This document shows positions 57,098 through 64,000 of a DNA stretch of 64,000 bases, one piece after another. The notes under the pieces are model-generated. The model saw nothing but the letters and a program-made list of their open reading frames with translations. It was not told the origin of the DNA and did no database searches. The stretch lies in IMG/VR virus record IMGVR_UViG_3300009151_000071, positions 782 through 64,781 of that record; one strand, 5' to 3'. Origin of the DNA: a virus (taxonomy: Duplodnaviria; Caudoviricetes). Position numbers and translations under genes: made by a program. Positions within the stretch are counted from its first letter, which is position 1. Every line of letters starts with the position of its first letter.

Positions 57098-58546
57098 TTA
57101 TTCCTCTACTCGAGATTGGCCGTATACTTCAATATCGTCAATCACTGCAATCTTTTCTGTTATCACCTTAATAGGTATAATCTTTTTCTTAGACTTTTCT
57201 TGGTGGGTTAGTACAGTACCCCAAATGTCTTCACGCTCTGGTGGCAAGTTACCACCTTTGATCATGACAGGAATATATCCTGTCATTTTTTCAATTGCTA
57301 GTGCAAACAACGGAACATTATCACTGTAGGCATTGTTACAAGTGATGTCCCAATACTTGCCATCTAGATACATACAACTGCCCTTGCATAAGTGTAACAC
57401 AGGGCAGTCTTGACAATTGGGTCGATTTAACCAATGTGTGACTGATTTCAATCTAACATTTTCGTAATCGTCTAGATTACCTCCAAGGTGGCTTTCGCCA
57501 TTTTTACTTGTTTCTTTAACGCTTACGTTCTGGCAAGTAACAATATTACCAGTCAAGTCCACAGCAATGGTATGATCGTTGTCCATTCCACACTTCTGTC
57601 CTACGTACTTTGATTCTTTGTGCTTTAATACATCTCGAATAAAGCCATCAATCTTGCCAGTGACACCTGCAAAGTTAATACGGCCGCCAGTGGAGTACAT
57701 GTCATTGAATGATGTTTTGCGATATTCAAAATGTTCTTCTAGTGTGTCTAGGCTGTTGTTAGAACCATCTTCGTCGTAGGCGTCAACCATGGCACCTTCG
57801 CCAATGATAACAGTTGGGTCGCCGGTAAATTCTACAAACCAATCGTATACATCTTTACGGCTGGTGTTACGTCGGTTCATCATGGTATTAAAACTAAAAC
57901 GACCTTGCGGCTTCATCACATTGTAGAATTCCATAAGAATCTTTTTCTTAGCTGGATCCGTAAAAGGATCTGGGCCACGTACTGTTTGATTTGGTCCATC
58001 GTGGCTGATGCTTACATTAAATCCCATGTAGTATAACCAGGATCCTATTTCTCGTGTTAGCAAACTGCCGTTGGTAATAACACTCATCTGTGGACGCTTT
58101 TTCCACGAACTGAATTTTTCTTGCAATGCTTCGGCTAGAGGTTTAAATGTTTTCCAGTACACAAATGGTTCACCGCCCCAGAATTCAATCTTCAGACCTT
58201 TTTCTTCACTGAACTCAAGCACTTCTAACTTGGTCATAAAAGCATCAATGTCTTTTTTACTGGTCTCTGCTGGACGCTCAACAAATTTTTGACTACAGTA
58301 ATCGCAGGAGTAATTGCAACTTAGGCCAAGTTGTATTTTAAGGATACCAATCTTTGTGCTTTTACGTAGAGGGTCGTCTTTGGAAAAAGCACGAACTTCC
58401 GGATAGTAATAACCATCTGGTTCTTTTTCTTCTTTGGGGTATTCATACACATTATTGTCAGACGTAGATAGCGTATTTGTTACGTTGTCGTAATAGAATA
58501 CTTTCTTATCCGTAGCACTACGCTCGGCATGAATTTCAAATTGCAT
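57098..58546 (-). CDS. Radical SAM/SPASM-domain maturase
   Basis: CNYSCDYC (CxxxCxxC), FWGGEP, ITNGSLL, SISHDG; SPASM Cys pattern KCG...TCQ...CQDCPVLHLCKGSC...C; start revised to MQFEIH. Confidence 0.9.
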   Translation of the reverse strand: MQFEIHAERSATDKKVFYYDNVTNTLSTSDNNVYEYPKEEKEPDGYYYPEVRAFSKDDPLRKSTKIGILKIQLGLSCNYSCDYCSQKFVERPAETSKKDIDAFMTKLEVLEFSEEKGLKIEFWGGEPFVYWKTFKPLAEALQEKFSSWKKRPQMSVITNGSLLTREIGSWLYYMGFNVSISHDGPNQTVRGPDPFTDPAKKKILMEFYNVMKPQGRFSFNTMMNRRNTSRKDVYDWFVEFTGDPTVIIGEGAMVDAYDEDGSNNSLDTLEEHFEYRKTSFNDMYSTGGRINFAGVTGKIDGFIRDVLKHKESKYVGQKCGMDNDHTIAVDLTGNIVTCQNVSVKETSKNGESHLGGNLDDYENVRLKSVTHWLNRPNCQDCPVLHLCKGSCMYLDGKYWDITCNNAYSDNVPLFALAIEKMTGYIPVMIKGGNLPPEREDIWGTVLTHQEKSKKKIIPIKVITEKIAVIDDIEVYGQSRVEE

Positions 58547-58553
58547 AGTAACC

Positions 58554-59216
58554 TTATTTTTTGATTTGTTCAACTTTGTTGTCTAATTGCTTTAGTGCTT
58601 CTAACAATAAAGGAATCAAACGTTCGTATCTAACTCTTAGAATATCTGTATCGGGCAAATTAGTACCCAATGCGACAGGGAAATGCTGTTTAACTTTATT
58701 TGCGCTAACACCAACATCACGTTGGGTATCTAATCCTAGGCTTGCGGCCAATTCGTTACCGGTATAATAAAAACCATCTAATTGACGTACAATGTCAAGT
58801 GCGTTTTCAATTACAGTTTCTCGGTTCTTTAGGGTGTCATCGGACCAGAAGCAATCGCAGTTACAATCGCAGTTACAATTATGGCTAGCCGATGCGGAAT
58901 ATGTACAGTTATAAGTACAGTTACAATTACAGTTAGCCTGCAACCACGATTGAGCGTCGCAGTTAGCACAGTTTATAGCGCCAGTGATAAAACAGTTGTC
59001 ACCACCAATATTTCCACAATTACAATTATTAGTACAATTACCGTTATTACAGTTACCAGAGTTATTGTTTTGATAGTATGCACGACCGTGCAACGAATTC
59101 ATATCTGAAACGTTGTCTTTGGTATTGGCTTTAACCCAACTTAGAGAAGGGCTTGATTGTCCCGTTTCTGTTGAAACGTCGCTGAGTGCAATTTGTCCGG
59201 ATGCTGGTAGTGTCAT
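58554..59216 (-). CDS. Cys/Asn-rich protein with C-terminal peptidase S74 intramolecular chaperone domain
   Basis: N-term MTLPASGQIALSDV; 16 Cys in 67 aa; WSDDTLK...ALD-V-L-G-x-Y...GVSA...YERLIPLLLEALK coiled coil. Confidence 0.8.
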   Translation of the reverse strand: MTLPASGQIALSDVSTETGQSSPSLSWVKANTKDNVSDMNSLHGRAYYQNNNSGNCNNGNCTNNCNCGNIGGDNCFITGAINCANCDAQSWLQANCNCNCTYNCTYSASASHNCNCDCNCDCFWSDDTLKNRETVIENALDIVRQLDGFYYTGNELAASLGLDTQRDVGVSANKVKQHFPVALGTNLPDTDILRVRYERLIPLLLEALKQLDNKVEQIKK

Positions 59217-59221
59217 ATAAC

Positions 59222-59227
59222 TATTTA
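59222..59227 (-). promoter_or_regulatory. T4-like late promoter core (TAAATA) for the Cys-rich/rSAM operon
   Basis: gaTAAATAgttatATG; the motif recurs before many late genes (e.g. near 2436, 12580, 27607, 30388, 35851, 36774, 54026). Confidence 0.65.
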
Positions 59228-59245
59228 TCAACGACGTTGAACTAC

Positions 59246-59329
59246 CTATTGCTTGTCAACCCAGTCTTTTAACTCGATCAACAGGTATACTATAACACTA
59301 CCAACTATTAAAAACGCCAACCAACCCAT
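59246..59329 (-). CDS. Small single-TM peptide, 27 aa (MGWLAFLIVG...)
   Basis: Hydrophobic short ORF immediately after 59331..59510. Confidence 0.4.
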   Translation of the reverse strand: MGWLAFLIVGSVIVYLLIELKDWVDKQ

Positions 59330-59330
59330 T

Positions 59331-59510
59331 TTAATTATATCCCTTTACTACATTATTGTCAATCTTGGGATTACCTTTAGCCGCGGCATCTTGATGCGAT
59401 TGTTTGCGTTGTTGCTCTTTATTACGCTCAAGAGGTAATGGACCACAGCCTAATCTTGCCCACTCTTGCTCGGAGTAGTAATACGAGTCCACGGGGTTTT
59501 TATTATCCAT
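59331..59510 (-). CDS. Small hypothetical protein, 59 aa (MDNKNPVDSYYYSEQEW...), absent from ORF track
   Basis: Directly behind TATAAATA. Confidence 0.6.
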   Translation of the reverse strand: MDNKNPVDSYYYSEQEWARLGCGPLPLERNKEQQRKQSHQDAAAKGNPKIDNNVVKGYN

Positions 59511-59523
59511 TGTTTAGTATTTA

Positions 59524-59678
59524 TATAGGAAAGTATTTGAGTACCAATTTATGCGTCCGGGGCTTCCGTGCAATAGCGTATGGTTAGTTATATCAGGACC
59601 TGTTCCACGCCAGTTAGGCCCGTATAGTGTACACGTCTGCACACTTACCTATGTTTCCATCTCAAATACTTACCTATA
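59524..59678 (-). ncRNA. Candidate structured RNA A
   Basis: 17/18-bp terminal inverted repeat enclosing about 120 nt with internal stems. Confidence 0.5.
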
Positions 59679-59684
59679 CAAACA

Positions 59685-60015
59685 AAATGCTCTGCGAACC
59701 CCGGTGGTAATTATAGTGTATCAGAAATTTCGTCAAGTTGCCCCAACTAGTCTATTCATCACTTACACCCTCCACCCACTCCCCGACGGGTTCCGCTCTC
59801 GTGTTGCCAACGGCCTTTCGGTTCAAAGACTACCACCCACGGGGTACGACCACCGTTTCTCCTTCATGCGGGTCACACTAGCCCAGCGTTACCCGGGCGG
59901 GTCCTTTACAACAAATTCGTCATGGATGGTTTTGGGAAGTGGCACCATGATTCACTTGCGGGTTTTATAGAGTCTTTATTAAGCGAACCCTTTCGGGACT
60001 CTAAAAGAACGCACT
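59685..60015 (-). ncRNA. Candidate structured RNA B
   Basis: GC-rich non-coding; long-range stem 59698-59709/59831-59845; GAAA tetraloop hairpins on the minus strand. Confidence 0.5.
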
Positions 60016-60024
60016 TGTCCTTAT

Positions 60025-60266
60025 CCGCTATTAGGAAAAAATTAAAGGAACTATGTTCAAACCTCAACACCACATATCGGTTCTACAGTCATTACTTCCT
60101 AGCTATCCGTCGCCTTCCTGGAGTTTGATAGTCCTTATCCTGGGGCTAGATGGTGTCTTGCCTTACTTTAGAACCCTCCTGCTTCATGGGTTACAGGGAC
60201 CGTTTATTCATCCCTGCTGTTCACCCCTAACGGACTAGGTAACCTTCAACTCTTTCCTAATAGCGG
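60025..60266 (-). ncRNA. Candidate structured RNA C
   Basis: Perfect 14-bp terminal inverted repeat ccgctattaggaaa/tttcctaatagcgg with internal stems. Confidence 0.5.
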
Positions 60267-60296
60267 GGGCTTGTTACAGCCCACCGCTTATGCTAA

Positions 60297-60641
60297 TTAC
60301 TCAGCTACAGCGTCTTTAGCTACAGCACGAGCCTTGATAGCTTCCAACGAAGGCTTGGTAGCCTTAACTTTACCTGCTTTAGCAGATACAGTACCATTGT
60401 ACTTGGCATCAGCCGTATCAATGGCATCGCGATACGATGGGTTAGCATACAAATCGGTACCCTTCAAAAAGGTAACCAAATCTGGCTTAGACATTGCTTT
60501 AGGCAACTCCACAAGATTGATATCACTATCAGTCTTGGCCAAGATTTTAACACGGGTCATATCACCTGCGAAACGCACTTTGTATTGACCTTTAGTCTTG
60601 CTAACACCACCAACTTTGAACAATTTGTCCATTTTAAACAC
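60297..60641 (-). CDS. Basic Lys/Ala-rich hypothetical protein
   Basis: GGAG RBS before MDKLFK; TTGACT-17-TATAAT upstream. Confidence 0.7.
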   Translation of the reverse strand: MFKMDKLFKVGGVSKTKGQYKVRFAGDMTRVKILAKTDSDINLVELPKAMSKPDLVTFLKGTDLYANPSYRDAIDTADAKYNGTVSAKAGKVKATKPSLEAIKARAVAKDAVAE

Positions 60642-60749
60642 TCCAATTTAAGTTAAGTTAAAACACATACAGACACACTCTGTATATTTCATATTATAGG
60701 TTAATTCGAATTTAAAGTCAACCACAATACAAAATTCTTTTGCCCAAAA

Positions 60750-60905
60750 TTACTTGGACGACATCTTTTCCTTGGTCCATTCGGCACTTGACGAAAGATC
60801 TTTGCCAATGCCCGAAACGGTACTGCAACCAGAAAGCAACACAACCGAAACGGCTAGGCCAACAACAACAATTTTGATTCCACACATGATAAGTAGGTCT
60901 TTCAT
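60750..60905 (-). CDS. Entericidin A/B-like small lipoprotein, 51 aa, absent from ORF track
   Basis: ...VVLLSGC-STVSGIGKDL... lipobox and entericidin-like C-x-T-x-x-G-x-G-K-D motif. Confidence 0.65.
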   Translation of the reverse strand: MKDLLIMCGIKIVVVGLAVSVVLLSGCSTVSGIGKDLSSSAEWTKEKMSSK

Positions 60906-61030
60906 TTTGCAGATGCCTCTTTTGCAACAGACTGTACCTTGTCTAATCCATGCTGGACTACATTCACAGTACCGGTTAATCCAATACTACCAACTACAAA
61001 ACCAACCAAAAACACGATCAGCGTTTTCAT
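60902..61030 (-). CDS. Small membrane protein, 42 aa (MKTLIVFLVGFVVGSIG...)
   Basis: AGGA RBS; ATGA coupling. Confidence 0.55.
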   Translation of the reverse strand: MKTLIVFLVGFVVGSIGLTGTVNVVQHGLDKVQSVAKEASAK

Positions 61031-61031
61031 A

Positions 61032-61238
61032 CTAGTCCTTTCGACTGATAGAAGTTTTAAACACGCCACCCACGATCACCGTGGCAAGCCAGGTATCAAC
61101 GGTGAACGGGATGGCCAAGGCCGGAAACAAAGTGTTCAACGCCCAAATAGTAGCAATTGGACCAATGATAACTATAAAGATCACCAGAGCCACAATCAAA
61201 ATCAACTTGTTCATAACTTCCTCCATAAAAAATAACAA
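61032..61238 (-). CDS. Small membrane protein
   Basis: Hydrophobic; GGAGG RBS before MNKLIL. Confidence 0.65.
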   Translation of the reverse strand: MLFFMEEVMNKLILIVALVIFIVIIGPIATIWALNTLFPALAIPFTVDTWLATVIVGGVFKTSISRKD

Positions 61239-61293
61239 ATAACCAACATGACCAAACCTATAGCGATAAACACCGCACCAATATCAATGATAA

Positions 61294-61461
61294 TCATTTT
61301 CCCAATCCTTCTACAGGATCGCAATCAAATTCTTCTTCAAAAATAGCAACAACATCTTCCATCTCAACATAGTCTTTGAAGTAGATATACGTATCCTCAA
61401 CACTACGCCCTTGAGCTTTCCACTCTAGGATTTCAAAATGGATATCTTTAAAGAATCCCAT
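61294..61461 (-). CDS. Small acidic protein, 55 aa (MGFFKDIHFEILEW...), absent from ORF track
   Basis: TAATG coupling to upstream gene. Confidence 0.55.
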   Translation of the reverse strand: MGFFKDIHFEILEWKAQGRSVEDTYIYFKDYVEMEDVVAIFEEEFDCDPVEGLGK

Positions 61462-61748
61462 TATGCAGACTCCAACATATTGGCAGGTACTCGGTAAACA
61501 CCAACATGGGTGCGGACATTCACATACTTGATAGCAATCTTTTCAACGGTACCAGTGTACGTCATGCCATTACGGTTGCTGGTAAATTTAACAGTATCAC
61601 CCTTGGCAAACGAACGGATCTTTTGCTTGGTCATTTGGCTACGAGCAAACTGTACGGCACTCATGATGCTAGACAACTCGGTATTAGTAAAATTACCAAA
61701 CATGATAGATTGGTTGATTTGTAGAATTTGGCTAAGTTCTTTCATCAT
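61461..61748 (-). CDS. Small SH3/KOW-like beta-barrel protein
   Basis: F-x-x-GDTVKF...G-x-V-x-K...YRVPANML; AGGAG RBS. Confidence 0.65.
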   Translation of the reverse strand: MMKELSQILQINQSIMFGNFTNTELSSIMSAVQFARSQMTKQKIRSFAKGDTVKFTSNRNGMTYTGTVEKIAIKYVNVRTHVGVYRVPANMLESA

Positions 61749-61754
61749 ATCTCC

Positions 61755-61982
61755 TTAGATATAAAATGCAGTTTTAAAATTCAAAGCATCGTAAACAATT
61801 TCACGAACCATGGTGTCAGTACACTCACCGTACCCGGACACCGTTTGCAATTTGCAAAGCAGATTATAAGTCTCTGGCCAAGTAAGGTTATTAACACGGG
61901 CATGTTCTACAATGGTAGCAACTTCGGTGTTACCGGCATCTGTAAACATACCAAAATACTGAACGGTGTTAACTGCTGACAT
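61755..61982 (-). CDS. Early hypothetical protein
   Basis: YFGMFTDAGN...E-x-x-DT-x-VRE; start revised to MSAVNT. Confidence 0.6.
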   Translation of the reverse strand: MSAVNTVQYFGMFTDAGNTEVATIVEHARVNNLTWPETYNLLCKLQTVSGYGECTDTMVREIVYDALNFKTAFYI

Positions 61983-62012
61983 TTTTGATTCCTTTTTAGT
62001 TTCTATACAAGT

Positions 62013-62041
62013 ATTATACATTTAATGGATTTATGTGTCAA
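62013..62041 (-). promoter_or_regulatory. Early sigma70 promoter (repeat family)
   Basis: TTGACA-17-TATAAT; 41 nt identical to the 51681..51721 copy. Confidence 0.85.
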
Positions 62042-62154
62042 CCAAATAAACGATGCATCAAGCGTTCGTTTAGTGTGGGCTTTTTGGGCAGGGCAAACAT
62101 GCGCTCGCGGAACAGTTTACCTAGTGTCTTTTTTGGTTGTTTTTTGCTTTTCAT
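62038..62154 (-). CDS. Small basic peptide, 38 aa (MKSKKQPKK...)
   Basis: ATG 6 nt after TACAAT of the promoter at 62161..62189. Confidence 0.45.
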   Translation of the reverse strand: MKSKKQPKKTLGKLFRERMFALPKKPTLNERLMHRLFG

Positions 62155-62194
62155 GTTATGATTGTATATTAAATTGATTTATGGGTCAACCGTT

Positions 62195-62521
62195 TTAGTG
62201 TGTATTTAGAGCTGGGTTAAATTCACGGATCAACTCACGCTCACGGGCATGAGCCGGCTTGCGTCCACGTACAATTTCCAACAGGCCATACACATGGTTT
62301 TCTGAGCCATATTTACGGATACTGTGGCATAAATCCCACACTTTGTTTTCAGTTAATGCACGGCGAACGTGCTTCTGAATACGAATCTTTAACGCTCTAC
62401 GGACTTGGTTACCGCAAACGGTAATACCAATGTATTGCTCGCCGGTTACTGTATTTGTAATACAGTAGACAGCATGGTTGCTATCTTGACGGCGTTTTCT
62501 TGACTGCTTTTTAAGTTCCAT
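62195..62521 (-). CDS. GIY-YIG nuclease-family protein
   Basis: HAVYCITNTVTGEQYIGIT...R...H...ERELI...PALN. Confidence 0.8.
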   Translation of the reverse strand: MELKKQSRKRRQDSNHAVYCITNTVTGEQYIGITVCGNQVRRALKIRIQKHVRRALTENKVWDLCHSIRKYGSENHVYGLLEIVRGRKPAHARERELIREFNPALNTH

Positions 62522-62527
62522 ACAAGT

Positions 62528-62556
62528 ATTATACATTTAATGGATTTTAGGGTCTA
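62528..62556 (-). promoter_or_regulatory. Early sigma70 promoter (repeat family)
   Basis: TAGACC-17-TATAAT with the same spacer core. Confidence 0.7.
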
Positions 62557-62686
62557 CCAAAGTTTGGTTAGTACGTACTAACTAAAAAGTAGTACTTTTT
62601 GCTGGTATTTTAGTATCATAAAGATGTGGTATTTTAACAACACTTTTTGAAACTGACATAAATACAATATAACAAGGATTTTACCT

Positions 62687-63265
62687 ATGAGCGTACAAAC
62701 AATTACAGATATCAAACGATTAACTCGTCCAAGTACTAGTGTACCATTTTTTATTAACGAAACTGGTGGTATTTCACACAGCGGTTCGGCTGCCACTCAG
62801 GCGCTACGCGATGCTGGAAAAGTTACACATAGTCTTGTAATTAGTGACAATGAATTGACACAAACTGAAACATTGACATTTGCAGATTTTGCAACATATT
62901 CAGCATATGATACAGCATTGGGAATTGATCTAGATAATCAATTTGTCAGCCATGTCACAGCCAACAACTTTGTGCTTGAATCGCAAACAAACTTTTTTGA
63001 AAATACTGGTATTGCATCTCCTTTTACCTGCACCACAGTATACACTTTCCCCGAAGGTGAAGCAACTATAGAAATTTTTGGAAATGCTCTAGCAGTAGAA
63101 CCAAAAGTGCAATCGGTCACAGTGGGTACCAATACTGTTACAGTAGTTAATCAATATGCCAACAGCGCAGACTTTACTACTAACTTTTTTGCAGACAATA
63201 AATTTGTACAACAATTACACTCAAAGGGTGTTACCCGCACCATTACATACGCTTTGGTCAGCTAA
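62687..63265 (+). CDS. Hypothetical late protein
   Basis: TAAATA and AAGGA upstream; terminator downstream; Thr-rich. Confidence 0.7.
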   Translation: MSVQTITDIKRLTRPSTSVPFFINETGGISHSGSAATQALRDAGKVTHSLVISDNELTQTETLTFADFATYSAYDTALGIDLDNQFVSHVTANNFVLESQTNFFENTGIASPFTCTTVYTFPEGEATIEIFGNALAVEPKVQSVTVGTNTVTVVNQYANSADFTTNFFADNKFVQQLHSKGVTRTITYALVS

Positions 63266-63297
63266 AGAGTTGTAAATAAAAACAATAACACATCAAT

Positions 63298-63322
63298 AAA
63301 AAACCCGCCTAGTGCGGGTTTT
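63298..63322. terminator. Bidirectional terminator between convergent genes
   Basis: aaaacccgc-ctagt-gcgggtttt. Confidence 0.8.
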
Positions 63323-63323
63323 G

Positions 63324-64000
63324 TTATTTTGCGCTTGCCACAAACCTTAAATCTCTACTGACACTACCTAGTTCTTTTTTCATTTGTGGTCCTGCTTTCT
63401 TAACATCGGCACGGTCAACATGAGTATCTGGCTCATCCTGGGTGGTTACATTTACACCTTGATCGGTTTTAGTATCAAATCCGTGTACGTTAATCGTTTT
63501 ATAACGCTGTTCTAATTCTTGCCATACACGATATCCGCCTGTGCTTTGCTTGTTATCGCTTACTAGAGTTAGGCCTTGATTTAAAATCAGGAAGGCATAT
63601 AAGTCAGCCGCACGGTATGTATTTTTAGGGCCAGAATAAACACCTTGGATGACAAAACTATCTCTGTTTGTCTTATAAGGGCGTCCCGTAGTACCCAATT
63701 GGCTTGTGCGAGTACCAGTATCAAATACATAGTAAGTAACTGTGCCACGATTGGTCCACGACCATAGTTCGAGTCCACTGCCCATATCAGCTACTAGGTT
63801 GCCTAGGTAATCTGCTTCTTGACCTTTAGGAATAGGACGGCCATCGTTGGGCATGACATCTAGGTGTTCACGTTTGCTTTTAGCAACTGTGGGAACCATT
63901 GTTACTTCATTTAGGTCGTTAAACAGTTCATACACAGTAGAACCTGCGTGGTCGGAAATCTCAACACTATATCCCCACGAATTAGCATAACGCCGAACTA
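63324..64000 (-). CDS. Hypothetical protein with possible GNAT-like C-terminal domain, 5'-truncated by the window edge
   Basis: Frame stays open to the window end; LVSDNKQSTGGYRVW motif. Confidence 0.6.
   Translation of the reverse strand, partial: VRRYANSWGYSVEISDHAGSTVYELFNDLNEVTMVPTVAKSKREHLDVMPNDGRPIPKGQEADYLGNLVADMGSGLELWSWTNRGTVTYYVFDTGTRTSQLGTTGRPYKTNRDSFVIQGVYSGPKNTYRAADLYAFLILNQGLTLVSDNKQSTGGYRVWQELEQRYKTINVHGFDTKTDQGVNVTTQDEPDTHVDRADVKKAGPQMKKELGSVSRDLRFVASAK

Noticed and set aside
197-58767. Many short plus-strand ORFs antisense to long genes (e.g. 197..457, 4984..5277, 34472..34879, 58561..58767)
   Set aside because: Antisense shadows of well-supported minus-strand genes with no independent signals
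59551-60238. Plus-strand ORFs 59551..59970, 59922..60128 and 60053..60238
   Set aside because: No RBS, atypical composition, against the local gene direction; open frames are expected in GC-richer structured sequence
59685-60266. RNase P RNA or group I/II intron
   Set aside because: No GAGGAAAGUCC-type P4 motif or intron core recognised on either strand and no interrupted gene; kept as unclassified RNA candidates
60718-61235. ORFs 60718..60927(-), 60754..61035(+) and 60939..61235(+)
   Set aside because: Shadow frames over shorter coupled membrane and lipoprotein genes
51330-62536. Shared N-terminus MYNTC... on ORFs 51330..51710, 61755..62021 and 62195..62536 as a protein motif
   Set aside because: The ATG and codons come from the repeated promoter (aaATGTATAATACTTGT); true starts lie downstream
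51681-62556. CRISPR array from the ~27-41-nt repeats
   Set aside because: Repeats are dispersed, separated by whole genes and match sigma70 promoters; no regular spacers or cas genes
1-64000. Stop-codon reassignment as in some jumbo phages
   Set aside because: Conserved genes are full length under the standard code and TAA, TGA and TAG all serve as stops
1-64000. Bacterial chromosome origin suggested by clpA, infA, erpA, SOD, phoH and porin
   Set aside because: These are mixed with lysis, tail and clamp-loader genes, TAAATA late motifs and dense small ORFs, without bacterial operon context

Overview
A 64-kb, gene-dense, AT-rich segment of a large ('jumbo'/T4-like) tailed dsDNA phage genome, read almost entirely on the minus strand with the standard genetic code. 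The probable host is a betaproteobacterium, inferred from the Bug/TctC binding proteins, a Burkholderiales-type porin and the ...FALAA tmRNA tag. It holds chaperone/protease genes (ClpA, DnaJ, GroES-like), a lysis cassette (GH19 endolysin, i/o-spanins, 3-TM holin), replication genes (clamp loader, ATP-dependent ligase, a stand-alone DnaE fragment), tail/baseplate genes, host-like genes (PhoH, ErpA, SOD, IF-1, porin) and many small early ORFs behind repeated sigma70 promoters. Four things stand out. (1) A circularly permuted two-piece tmRNA gene (tag ANDAQFALAA) whose intervening segment carries a complete GNAT acetyltransferase gene. (2) A late-promoter operon that looks like a RiPP-type protein-modification system: an (N/D)C-repeat Cys-rich protein fused to an S74 autocleaving chaperone, followed by a radical SAM/SPASM enzyme, an unknown protein, two 2OG-Fe(II) oxygenases and a flavin halogenase. 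(3) A 10-kb island of three PP-loop paralogues with orphan Bug and signal-less DctP binding proteins. (4) Several unrecognised stem-closed structured RNAs. All calls come from motif recognition by eye; no database searches were run.
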